From assembly GCA_032718475.1 (NCBI GenBank), contig JAUCBJ010005263.1, forward strand, positions 1 through 36,144: a DNA stretch of 36,144 bases, read 5' to 3'. The DNA is from Nemertoderma westbladi. Its lineage: Eukaryota; Animalia; Xenacoelomorpha. Both the position numbers and the translations under genes were made by a program. Below are positions 1 to 12,561 of the stretch, in pieces. The first letter of the stretch is position 1, and every line of letters starts with the position of its first letter. The notes under the pieces were generated by a model. That model saw only the letters and a program-made list of their open reading frames with translations. It ran no database searches and was not told the origin of the DNA.

Positions 1-510
1 CCCATGGCAACTACGTTAAAGTTTTGTTAATTTTGAAACCATTGATAAATTAACATACCCATGATATTTTAGCTTAATTGTGAAATATTGCAATTATAAT
101 TGGAATTATTTCCTTGTGATGTATAATAATGGCGCCATCGAAATGGATTATTGGAAGAAGCCCTGTCAGTAACCATGGCAAACCGATTAATGTATGTTAA
201 TTTTCCATAAAGCGAATACCGGACCGGTACTACTGTAAAATAATATAACTTTGGGTGTATCGTGTATCGATTTCAATACAATTTAATACGGAAAACTCTT
301 CAAAGGTATAATTAAATTAACAAATCAATAAGAGACAAATAAAGTAACTTAATCTAAAATGCAGATAGGGGCCGCAGGGGGATTATGATTTTGTTCAGAA
401 GGTTGTATCATTCGAAATCTGGTGAAACGCTGAATCCAATGATGATATTATTCTCCCAATAGGAGAAAGAGATATACATAAAATACAAATGTATAACAGA
501 GTTGGTCTTG

Positions 511-998
511 GGACGTTAGTGCCCGCGAGACATTAGTGCCAGCGGGCACTAATGTCTCAGTACCTTTAGTGCCCGCGGTCACTTAGTTGCAATATCGCGG
601 GCACTAATGTCCCATAGGACTTTAGTGCCCGCAAGACGTTAGTGCCCGCGGATACTTAGTCCGCATTGTTGCGGGTACTATTGTCCCATGTGACTTTAGT
701 GCCCGCGAGACGTTAGTGCCCGCGAGACGTTAGTGCCCGTGAGACGTTAGTGTGCCGCGAGACGTTAGTGCCCGCGAGACGTTAGTGCCCGCGAGACGTT
801 AGTGCCCGCGAGACGTTGTGCCCGCGAGACGTTAGTGCCCGCGAGACGTTAGTGCCCGCGAGACGTTAGTGCCCGCGAGACGTTAGTGCCCGCGAGACGT
901 TAGTGCCCGCGAGACGTTAGTGCCCGCGAAACGTTAGTGGCCGCGAGACGTTAGTGTGCCGCGAGACGTTAGTGCCCGCGAGACATTAGTGCCCGCGA
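511..998. repeat. 17-bp minisatellite (GAGACGTTAGTGCCCGC) with interspersed inverted units; likely the subterminal arm of a foldback-type DNA transposon
   Basis: About 17 near-perfect tandem units at ~697-998. Degenerate direct and reverse-complement units (GCGGGCACTAATGTC) at ~511-690 and ~1070. Confidence 0.85.
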
Positions 999-1624
999 CG
1001 ACTCGCCTGGCTTCACACATTTGCAATACATAGCTACTACAGTATGTACCCTATCTTCCAAATACAATACGGGCACTAATAAAGCATATTGGACGATATG
1101 TTATTTTGATCAGTACTAATGGTGGAATATTTTTATGCTAGTTATTTTGTGACCAGATTTACAGGGCGAGTGAAACGAGGGTTGTAATAAAGACGTGTCT
1201 GTGTTGACTATAATCCTAATAATAATACTATCTCTAATAACTAATAATATCCTAATAACGAGTATTGTTTTGACGATAGCCGTACTACTCGTAAACCACA
1301 TGGTTTATCATATTGGATGATAATATGTCATTTTATCCAATACGATAATGGAATATTGTAAGGTATATATTTGGTGACCAGGTTGTGCAGGACGAACGCA
1401 ACGAGTTTTGCAGTGGATAAGAGTATCCATCTGCCATAAATCAGCAGTTACTCGCACAGTTTTGAGACTTTACATAGTTACAATGGTCACCAGTCTGCGT
1501 ATAAGGAAAAAAGTTTAAGACAAAGCAGTACGAGGGCTACTACAAGGCTAATGAAGGAGACGAGTATTGTAAAACTAAAAATTAACTTAAATAGGTATAG
1601 TTAGTAGGTTTACAAATGACAGTT

Positions 1625-1697
1625 AAAAGCGCGTGCCAAAAGCGCGTGCCAAAAGCGCGTGCCAAAAGCGCGTGCCAAAAGCGCGTGCCAAAAGCGC
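1625..1697. repeat. 13-bp tandem repeat (AAAAGCGCGTGCC) x5.6
   Basis: Perfect tandem copies read directly. Confidence 0.95.
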
Positions 1698-1699
1698 AT

Positions 1700-2745
1700 T
1701 TTCACTAAATCTAATGCCAAACTCACTACAAATAATCAGTCATCACTAAATAATTCATTTATCGCTAAAAATAATCATTTATTCACTAAATATAATCATT
1801 ATTTTACTATAATATTAGTGAAATTTTACATTCACTAAATAGTTTCACACCAAATACAGTATCATCAGTGAATTGTTAGGCTCTGTACTTGGGCCTACCT
1901 TATTGCATTGCCTTGGTTGTCGGTTTGATTTTGGCGCAATAAGTTACCAGTAGTAAGACCTGTCGCCTCAGGTTTCACCCAGTAGTAAGACCTGTCGCCT
2001 CAGGTTTCACCCAGTAGTAAGACCTGTCGCCTCAGGTTTCACCGCGACATGTTACGAGGGGCGATGGTTTCAGAAGCATTAGGTCTTGTAACAGAAAGGA
2101 TCACGTTTGTAAAGGTACAGGAGACACAGACAGGTACAGGGAACCAAACCAACAAACGAAAGTTAACGTGCCGTGCAGGTTAGTAAATAGTTACAATCGG
2201 AAAAGAGATACTTACAGAGTTACTTAGTAAGTTAAAAGCAAAGGGTAGGCTGCTCGGTAGGTTCTGAGATTTTCAGGGAAAGGAGCAGGTTACTGTGAAA
2301 TATTATTCTAACCAAAACAATAAACGAAAGTACAGCACATGTAATAATTTATTTTTTCTACAAATCAGTTATAAATAAAAATACAATTGCTACAACATAT
2401 TATACAAATACAATTATCTAACAACCGCAGGACGTAATAACCAAAGGATCTACTGTATTGACGCACTCCTGTTTAAAGCTGAATTGGGACCTAACAATGC
2501 GAAAGTGAAGGTGATTATATTTAGTGAAAAAAATAAGATTAGTAGAAAGTGAATCAATTTTGTGGAAATTGATTAAATGTTAAATGATTTTTAGTGAAAT
2601 ATGATTATATTTGGTGGATACGAAACGAATGATACTATATTAAAAATAGTTATAATTTGTGGAGAATAATTTATTATTTTTAGAGATAAAATTATTCTTT
2701 AAGTGAAGAAAAATTAAGTTTAAAAAATGATTATTTTTAGTGGGA
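1700..2745. mobile_element. Degenerate foldback-like element with TTCACTAAA subrepeats on the left and TTTAGTGAA on the right
   Basis: Multiple (T)CACTAAA motifs at ~1700-1850, mirrored by TTTAGTG(A/G)A motifs at ~2520-2745. Termini and TSD not resolved. Confidence 0.45.
1947..2043. repeat. 32-bp tandem repeat x3 (CCAGTAGTAAGACCTGTCGCCTCAGGTTTCAC)
   Basis: Three identical units starting at 1947, 1979 and 2011 with no spacers. Confidence 0.95.
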
Positions 2746-2990
2746 AATAAATTTGTTGCGGTACTAAAATAAACAACTGGTTTAATTGTATGATATTATG
2801 TGATTCTCCTGGCACTATTCGTACTGTATATCTGGATAGAGCTGTATAAACTCAAAGTGGTACCCTACCTTAACCAGAGCGTACAACAGCAGAACAGTAC
2901 AAAAGACAATACTGCAGCAATGTAAAAATTAGTGTTAGTCTACCTGTCTACGCGCTAACAGGCTAATGGTACATCTGTACTGTACATAGT

Positions 2991-4364
2991 ATGACATCTG
3001 TAAACGTAAACCCAAAGACTGTTGATAGCATCTCCGATTTACACCGCAAGGAGGGAAACACATTGTACGCCTCGGCTACAGAAAACCTATCAGCTGTTGT
3101 TCGACAAGACCGGCTCACTAAATCAGTTTCGGCCTACTACAAAGCTTGGAACACCGCCCTTAACGATAAGGAAAAGGCATCGGCGGCAAAGAACTACGGA
3201 TTGGCATCATGGCGTCTCGGGAAGATCCATCGGGGAAATGGTTCCACTGCCGAGTACGTCAACTACTTCTTCATGGAGGCCCTGTCGTACATGGCGAAGG
3301 CTGAAATCCACGGCAAGGAAGCCAGTCTAGATCAGCGCTGGTTGTCGCAAATCGAATTGCATCTAAATACCTTCCTCGACAGTGCCGTGAGTAACATACT
3401 ATGTGCTTCTGTGGGTGTAGTTGTCGGAAAGAAAGTGAACATGATTATCGGTATATTAAAAACTCTTCCTGAGAGAAAACATCATTTTCGACTTCATATG
3501 GAAATGGCTGGGTTGTATTTTAAGGACGGTCTCTGTCTCCTGTCTGCAGGCGACTATAAAGGTGCGTTGAATCGTATGTATGAATGTTACCAGCCCATAG
3601 AGGAAGCGAAACTGTGCACGGGTACCTGCAGCGACTCCTTTAGAAATGCTGAGATTTATTTACTACAGGAAGATGTTTACGTTCACAAATGTGTCGCTGA
3701 GTCGATGCAGATGCGAAAGAAAGGAGATGCTATCCTCAACCAGGTGTTACTCGAGGAGGAGAATCTTAATGTTACTCTAGTTTATGACGCCATTGATTGT
3801 TTCACCCAGTCGATTATTCTAACACGCGACAGAGACATTGAAGGGGAGGCCATTACTCACTCTCGCCTGGGGCTCCTTTACCATAATGTCTTGAAACTTA
3901 GAGAAAGAGCAAAAAGATATTTATTGGTGTCGGTGGAATTGGGTCATTCATTGTTCCCGAGGAATTTCAATACTGACGACTGGTTCGTAAAAGCGAAGAA
4001 AGTGTTGGAGGAGTACCAGAAAGAAACGACTGAGAAGGAACTCAGTGAGTATAATAAAACAAGACAACCATACCTCGATACACTCAAGGATGAGTTAGAT
4101 AAACTAGTCAAGGAATTTGAGAAAGATGCCATCGTCTTCCTAGAGTTCCTTTATAAAACTCACCCGCCTAAAAACAAGAATCTCGTTATGGCCCCTAAAC
4201 CAGATGAAATGACCCCCGAGTTTAAGAAGAAGGCCTTGCAGACAGCCATTCTGCATTACCATCCAGACAAACAGAATGTCGACGATCACGGCATGTTATG
4301 GAAGATCTTCTGCGAGGAAATTACCAAATGGCTAACCAATAAATATGAATATTTTAAGGGTTGA
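2991..4364 (+). CDS. Intronless 457-aa alpha-helical TPR-like protein with a C-terminal J-domain-like HPD motif
   Basis: Long ORF with higher GC than the flanks. TPR-like helical segments (AAKNYGLASWRLG, GDYKGALNRM, EAITHSRLGLLY). C-terminal KKALQTAILHYHPDKQ...FCEEITKWLTNKYE. TATA-like TATAAA near 2846. Confidence 0.8.
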   Translation: MTSVNVNPKTVDSISDLHRKEGNTLYASATENLSAVVRQDRLTKSVSAYYKAWNTALNDKEKASAAKNYGLASWRLGKIHRGNGSTAEYVNYFFMEALSYMAKAEIHGKEASLDQRWLSQIELHLNTFLDSAVSNILCASVGVVVGKKVNMIIGILKTLPERKHHFRLHMEMAGLYFKDGLCLLSAGDYKGALNRMYECYQPIEEAKLCTGTCSDSFRNAEIYLLQEDVYVHKCVAESMQMRKKGDAILNQVLLEEENLNVTLVYDAIDCFTQSIILTRDRDIEGEAITHSRLGLLYHNVLKLRERAKRYLLVSVELGHSLFPRNFNTDDWFVKAKKVLEEYQKETTEKELSEYNKTRQPYLDTLKDELDKLVKEFEKDAIVFLEFLYKTHPPKNKNLVMAPKPDEMTPEFKKKALQTAILHYHPDKQNVDDHGMLWKIFCEEITKWLTNKYEYFKG

Positions 4365-6329
4365 TGTTATCCATTGATTTAGATGCATTATTGTATATAT
4401 ATGCGCTTTATATGTTATGAATAATTTGTAATTGACTTTCTTTTATTCACTATGTAAAACGTTATAATATTTACGTTACGTACGTTTTCAAATCGCATGT
4501 TATATTCTAGGTCTATATATATTAGATTACGTTTATCCTCAGTGGTATTCTATTCACTGCTTACATTGGTTCAATGGCTTTTCGCTCACATCTTTATTTT
4601 GTTTATATGATATTTTCGTCGCCTGGGTGACGAGCCATGTGCAGTTTAGTGAGAAAGAATTTGTTTATAAATATTCTATGGTTTATTTGGTCTGGTACTA
4701 TAATTTTCGACAGCTCCTTGCTTCTCCTATTCTGTTAGATCAATCACTAACAGTTGTAAGAAATAAAATAAAACTTTTTTCAGCTACTTTTCGTGGTGCA
4801 TCCCTGCCCCATTCCTTTAGCTAATGTAGCATTGAATCGTTTTGGTTATTTATCCATAATTGTTCGGGTTAATTCGTTTAGCATGTAACGAATTTCATAT
4901 TTCCCTGTATAAATCGCTAAATGTTAACTCCAATATAAGAACTGATATACAGTATAATAGCCTACCGGTGAATTTTACCCATTTTCAAATAAAATAAACG
5001 GATGATAGTAAGTTATTCAGCTGGTTGTATTATATCGGTGACCACGCCTCTATTTACGATGCCCATACCTCCTACATGTCCTACATAGCTAAATATTTAT
5101 ATTTTTTGAAACTCATCCAATTATTTAGTAATTTAATTACCTAGTAATTTTCTCTCATTTGTTCAACTCTACTGATTTGCACCGCCTGGAGGAATATGTT
5201 ATCATTGGTAAAAACAAATACGTAGCTTTTGATATTTTATTATACATTTTTGAAAATTAATAGTATTATACTTAATTATATCACAATAGTTTAGATATTG
5301 TAAGTGTCCACATTGGTTTACTTTAGTGTTTATACTGTCTTGAATGAGAATTCATTTACATGCTTCTAATGGTATAGATAGCTTTAGGGTCTGTCTCAAG
5401 GCTACCTAAATAGTGTTTTATAAAATTATGTCTAAAAAATACCACTAAGTAACATTTAACTGTCGCTGCATTTTATCTTTGATGTTGAACTGTGTTCTAA
5501 AACTTATATCATTGTTAAATGCCTAATTGACATTGATACATACATCCAAATTTACATAATCCTGATATTCAATGTTGCCTTCAAATCGTATGATGATATC
5601 CAATAATTTGAAACATAAATATGTGAATTAAGTATTTTGGCCTATATTTTCGCCTTGGTAGGTCCAAATGTTTATTGTGTGCATCCTCACACGATAATGT
5701 GCATATGTAGAAAATATGTGCTTCCGCATGTATTATTGCACCAATATTGCATCACTTCTGCTGTAATCTTTCTGCACTGCAACAAATTTGACTCTTATGA
5801 GGCGGGCCTTATTCTGCAAAATTTTTTTGCTTAAATAGTCCCGCGCAGAGACAAAACGATATTTCAGTTCTAAACTGAGATCTTTTGACTACTGACGTCT
5901 TTTCAGCTCTTAAATTTCATGCTCACTACTTTTCTTCTTTTAAATCTCTAGTACGTACGATATTTTAGTTCTGATGAAAAAATAAAAATTATATGATGAC
6001 CCTGCCCTTCAGATCCACCGTCACCGAAGTAATGTGATCAAAGTGTAAATTAAAATTTAAAATTTCACTAAAAACACTAGCTAGTCCTTCAATATTTATT
6101 AAATTTTTTCGAACCAGCATTTTTGGTCTCAGCGCCTTCGAATTTACAAAGACTCTTCAGCAGAATTTTTTAAATTATAAATTTTTATTTAAATAATAAA
6201 TTTTATTTAAAACTGTTAACTGACACAACTACCTAAAGATTTCTGGGAATATAATAATATCAACTGGAAAACAGTTGATTTTTTTCAACTTTATTTCATT
6301 GTGAATATAGTCTTTTTCTAAAATCTCGA

Positions 6330-6760
6330 AATTATCTGGTATTTTTATAATCTTGGCATATTTGAACTTGGAACGTTATATTTCTCTTTAATACACCCTC
6401 ATAATACGCTGCTGAATTATTTTATGGGGCAAGAATTACAAAACCATCGTCAACAACATAAAAATAAATAAAATACATAATTCGAGCCATAACGTTCAGC
6501 CTCTATCAAGCCCATGCAGCACCTATTTGTAAATCCCTCAGTATGCATAAATTGTTTGAACTGGTAGTTTCAAAATTTATGAGTAGAAAGTGTTCTCCAT
6601 GAAATATTCCGTCCAACTAGTTCTATTCACCAACATTCAGCCGATCTGCATCCACTAAAAACGTATTTATTCCCCGCGTCAGGCTGGAACTTTCCTTTAC
6701 AATTTCTAAAGTTTTCAGACCACAAAATTGGAATGAACTAACTGAGCAATGAAAAATTAT
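6330..6760 (+). mobile_element. Highly degenerate CR1/L2-like LINE 3-prime relic
   Basis: Broken reading frames recall RT C-terminal motifs (...YAAE.LWG..., KFM, P.NWNEL near 6720-6740). Confidence 0.35.
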
Positions 6761-7859
6761 AAATAAAAAAGAATAATTCGGTTGGTTATCAACTACGATA
6801 TAAATATTATCTCGAAATCTCCCGAGTAAGTTGACTTCCTGACCTTGTGATGTTTCTTACTCTAATTTTTCATATTATTTATTTTCATATTATCTAATTT
6901 TACATATCATTGCTCAACAAATTACAAATACACTACATTACTGGATAAAAATTTGTCGACAGGTCCTAGCAAAGCTCTTATACTGTATGTGTCATTTATT
7001 TATATAGATTATTTCCAGTCTCTCTCTCTACTCTGGTTTTAAGCGCCAAAGTTCCAGGTCACAACCCACAAGTCCAGCCCCCAGACTTGTCTGACTGAAA
7101 CTGTTCCAGCTCCAGGTGGAATGATTTAATTTTAAATCAAAACTCGTCTGTGACCTGCTGTGCAGTGCATGTCTCGTCTACAATTCAGCGTTTTGAGTTT
7201 GATTCAGTCCGTTATTATTTATGCAAGCAATAATGACTAGGCCTATATATCAGAGTTCCACTCGCCACAACGCACAAGATACAACTCACAAGAATTTTTC
7301 AGATACTAATAATCGTAACATCCGTATGTAGCACGAGCACCTAGCACCTGACTTCCTCTTCCATGATTCGTGGATCCAATTGACATTAACAGCTCAGAAT
7401 CCAACTTCCGTTTCCTCTAAATATAGCTAGAATAGGCCTAATTCAGCACACAATATTGTAGCTTAACCTCATGCTTCCCTATTGGCTTCCCTGCTGGTAG
7501 GTAAGGCATCTATTCTGCTGCACTGCCGCAGGCCGGCAGGGGCTTGTTTTGTTTCCAAGAACTAGGCTACTGTACTAAACTACTCTACTTCCTAATTGTT
7601 GTACTTTACTGGACATGATGGGTGAGTACGGCAGTCGTCCTTCTGTCCTTGGCCACATGGCTAACATTCGGACTGTTCCACCCATCACTTTAGTACATAT
7701 TGCACACAACTTGATTTTACTCGTTCTTCTCCATTGTCATTTAAAGTTCAACGTTACTATGTAATTTTTATTAATGTAGTGAATGGTGGCCTTGTTCAGT
7801 ATTAAAAGAACGTAAAAATATTAATTGCAGTGCCGGAATAAGAATATAACAAATACAAC

Positions 7860-10539
7860 ATGTGCGATATTGAGGTTTCTGTTGAATTTTCCGTAGAAAT
7901 TGGAAAATTTTGGAATATAGATTTATTTCAGCGCGGCTATTACCACATTCGTTCCAACCTCTCCGCTGCCTCGAAGTTTCCCACCAAGTGCGAAGTATGT
8001 CTACCGCGCCCTGTCGCTCACAACCTCGTGTTTGGGTCAGCAGTATACAAAGACGTCGCCATATCCAAAACCTTTCAGATTCTCTACAAAAACGAAGATG
8101 TAGAAATTAACGACGTTATATCATTTAAAGTAAACTTCCTTGCCGACAGTCAAATTCTTTTAGAGTCAATAAACGCGACGAAGTTTACTCTTAATTTAGA
8201 TCTTTGGTTCGCGGATTCAACATGCGGCCCGGAACCGGAATTGATGCAATGCGTCAGCAGTCGCAGCCTACTACTCTCTCTCAACGTCTCCCACGGTCTC
8301 CACCACAGAGTCAACGTAATATTCGACTACTTCCACTTGTGCGCGATATCCGTAACGGTTCACGGACAACTAATCGCGATACACCAGCCCATCATAGAGG
8401 TTCCAAAATCTGAGAAATCCTCTAAGTGGGCGAAGAGGAAAACCGGACACCAAATGGTTGGATCAGAAGGACGCGAACACCCACGCACGTTGGAGGCATT
8501 ACTGTTCGGTCCATGCGTCAACGGTTTCAACAATTACCACTCCCCTTCGGACTCACAACTCAGACGCGCATATTACCTTCATAAAGCCATCCTTCTAACA
8601 ATCTTAGACTCGCATAAAGGTCTCCAGGACTCCGTTCGTGACCACGCCAAACAACTAAACTGCCGCCAACGAGTTTTGTTCGAGTTCTCTAACCCTCTCA
8701 TTAAACTCGATTCATTGGTGACGCACATCGCAACTCTAACGAGCTCGGACGACGTTGTAGCCACGGTGAACGCGGACATCTCACAGTGCTGCAGCGAGAT
8801 GTTCCTCTTGTGGACTCAGTTCCTCGACCTCGTTACAATGAACCCCGTAATCGATGTCTACCTCGCGAAACGGCACCACGTAGACCGCCTGAACCGCAGT
8901 CTCCACGGATTCGTTACGCGCTCCGCCGGCGTGTCCACTCGCTCGATCTGCACAGAATCCCCGCACAAACACCTCGCCTACGCCCACCACTTCAAGTCGT
9001 CCCAGTATATGTCGATGGTCCCGTCGCTACCAATAGAGTGCGTAGAATTAGACGGAGATTCTAACAATTTACCAATTATATTCGAGCAGATTTACAGTCT
9101 CGAGTTTGATAATTCGCCTTTTAGAACTCTTTCCCCCACGGAAATTCATCCCATGATCGATTCCACAGATATTATAGAAGAGTCCTCAGCTATACTGCCT
9201 CACTCTTCTGCAGTGGATCGTTCTCCTTCTACAGTGAATCCTTATCCTTCTGTAGTGGGTCCTTCATCTTCTGCTGTGGATCCGCTATCTTCTACAGTGG
9301 ATCCTACACCGTCTGTAGTGGATCCTCCATCTTCTGCAGTGGATCCCCCATCTTTCACCTTGGAGCCTCCTTCTTCTGCAGTGGATCCTCCATTTTCTGC
9401 AGTGGATCCTCCATCTTCTGGAGTGGTTCCTATGTCCTCTGAAGTGGTTCCTTTAGCTACTGAAGTAGTTTCTTCATCTTCTGCAGTGGCTCTTCCATCA
9501 CCTACTATATTTATTCCACCTTCAACAACACATATTACGCCTTATACACCGCCCGATAGTAGACTAAACGGGGATGATACAGCCGGTGTACCTAACGACT
9601 TCTGTGACATCGCACACGAACAGGTCGTTGATAACGACTCGATCATTGAGGACCCCGGGGATCTTATATCTTATAAAGTTTCAAAGAAAAAGGGAAAGTC
9701 GACTAAACGTAAACCGCGAAGCGCCACTTTCAGTAAATCCAACCCTAGAGATTCGCTCGATCTTTTCTTAAAGTCGATGCGGCGACACAAGTTAGCGAAA
9801 ATGTTGAAGCGACGTGGAATAAAGACGGATGAGCCGGTTGTGCTACTTGACTACCGCGAGTGGGACACCCCCAAGACGGCGGTCTCCCTCCCCAGCATTC
9901 ATCCCTCCTCCCCTCCCCTCCCCCCGCCTGCCCCCGCCTCCTCCCCCTCCCTGGCCCATTCTCTCCCCGATCTTGTCCACTCCTTGCTCACCAATCGCTC
10001 GTACACACGGCGGCGTACCCAGTCGGTGGGTTCCGCCTCCGACGACGAACATCTACTCGCCTGCCTCGAGTCGCTCCTGGACTCCGGACAACTAGTAGGC
10101 CGGAAACGCCGCGACTCTACCAAACAGTTCACTGACCTCCTCTTAGCGCTACGATCCTGTAACTACCAACTACCCGTGTGCAATACTTGTATGTGCTTTA
10201 AACTGTCGGAAGATTCCCTTATGCAGTGTCTGTCGCAGGGGCCGGCGGTACAATCCACCGATAGTTCAACAATGGAGTGCGACGGTTCGAACCAATCTCA
10301 ACTCCGATTCAACTCTGTTATGTCGGTAGTTTCGGAGGAGAGTTTGGTGTTGGAGAGTAAAGCGATTAACGGAGGTGTAGCTAAGGTCCCCGCGCTCGTT
10401 GCTCGGGCCAACACCACCGGCGACGCCGTAGAGCTGTGTCGGTGCGGACTGTACGACGATACCTCCGACGGTTCAACCGATCCCGAGATTGCGGCCCTCC
10501 CGGTGGGAAAGAAAATGACGAAAATACCGAGTAGATCAG
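7860..10539 (+). CDS. FAM135: FAM135 family protein, large first coding exon (N-terminal conserved region/DUF3657 plus low-complexity linker)
   Basis: N-terminus VEFSVEIGKFWNIDLFQRGYYHIR, SKTFQILYKNE and FDYFHL are typical of FAM135. Inferred donor AG|GTTCGT at 10540 (phase 1) joins in frame to the acceptor at 10782. Confidence 0.88.
9207..9500 (+). repeat. In-frame 21-bp coding repeat, 14 x SAVDPPS-like heptads within FAM135
   Basis: TCTGCAGTGGATCCTCCATCT-like units; the translation shows heptad periodicity. Confidence 0.85.
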
Positions 10540-10782
10540 GTTCGTTGCCTTGATAAGGAAATACCTACTTATAATATAATACAAATAAATATGAATGCTC
10601 GTTCTTTTGAAAATGACTCACCAAGTCGTAACCTATTTGATGATATATTTTCTGTATTACAGTCCCCGCTGAGTCGCTGTCGCCCAGAATTTCTAGACGA
10701 CTTGAAGTAACTATTGAATATAAAAAGAAATATTCAATACGTTTATAATGTAAATATTTAATGTGGAATTAAATTTGTTTAG

Positions 10783-11300
10783 GTATATTATCGGGTAAGT
10801 CGTCTGGTGTCGTCGGTAAAACCTGTTCGGTTTGTCTCCCTCTCAAGTCCTGTACGAAGGGAGGAGTTGAGGAGGAGCCATATGGAGAGGAGTTTGAGAC
10901 GTGGATGTCCGGCGACGAGGAACTTCCCCGGACGTTGGACGATGTGCGGAGACGCGTTCTCGACAACATCAACGCGAGCGCCTCCCGTCCGTGGAACTTC
11001 GTAGAACCTCTGGATCCCCGCACCTCCAACTGTCTCCCCTACTTCTCCCGCCCCGGTCACTACGACTCCGAGGACTCGGACACCCATCTTGTGGTCTGCG
11101 TCCACGGACTCGATGGTAACTCTACGGACCTGCGACTGGTTCGCACCTACTTGGAGTTGGGACTCCCCAACGTCCAGTTGGACTTCCTAATGTCCGAGTA
11201 CAACCAGTCGAACACGTTCACTGATTTCGAGTTGATGACGGATCGTTTAGTCGGAGAGGTTTTCCGTTACATCAGCAACTCTGGAGTCTTTCCTAAACGC
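10783..11300 (+). CDS. FAM135: FAM135 exon encoding the start of the DUF676 lipase-like domain
   Basis: Acceptor TTTGTTTAG| at 10782. Open frame through HLVVCVHGLDGNSTDLRLVRTYLELGLP. Donor CGC|GTAAGT at 11301. Confidence 0.85.
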
Positions 11301-11967
11301 GTAAGTTTGCTCGGTTAATTATTGTCTGTCTACCGACAGGTCAGTATTTCTTGGCGAAGAAAAAGTTGGACCTACAGAAATAAGGAAAGTAAAAAGTGTT
11401 CTTTAACTTATAGCTTAAATGCTATAACATACAGATGTTTACTACCCGAATGAAAGTAGTGAGTGAGTGCAACTTAGCAACAAGTATGTCTGTTTTTTTA
11501 TTTAAAAATAGTAACATTCCGCTTCGTATGACACTTGTGTTGTGGTTTTGTATGTAATATTGTTAGCTGACTTTCTCAAATTATTATTATTATTATAGGC
11601 TGAATGTCACTGTCCAAATATACCAAACTTCACATTTAAATGCATTTAATAATTATCTTTGCGTATTAAACTGCAAATGTATCATGTAATATGGTAGGTG
11701 TTCTTAGACAGTTAAAATGTAATATTGGTATATAATATTTTAATTCATTTGTAATTATGCATTTAATTTAGAATTAAATTTTTATAAACAAAGTGACTTG
11801 GGAAAGTGACTCATTTGTAGTTTTTGTTTTATTTTTTATTGGGCAAGTGACTTCACACCTTTTATAATAATACGGATTAATAAACATAATATCAAAAATT
11901 GTGTTATTTATATGGCTAGTATTTCAATTTATTATCATTTATATCCTGTAATTGATCTCTAATTTAG

Positions 11968-12561
<594 letters not shown>

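Noticed and set aside
511-998. 17-bp array as CRISPR or iterons
   Set aside because: Spacerless minisatellite with inverted units, typical of transposon arms.
1947-2043. 32-bp repeats as a CRISPR array
   Set aside because: Units are directly adjacent with no spacers; eukaryotic context and no cas genes.
10663-10740. Extra FAM135 micro-exon (VPAESLSPRISRRLE...)
   Set aside because: The acceptor looks good, but the GTAACT donor at 10707 gives the wrong phase and the in-phase donor at 10741 is weak with a 42-nt intron. Unresolved without RNA data.
7910-11119. Short alternative-frame and antisense ORFs overlapping FAM135
   Set aside because: Shadow ORFs of GC-rich coding sequence with no independent motifs.
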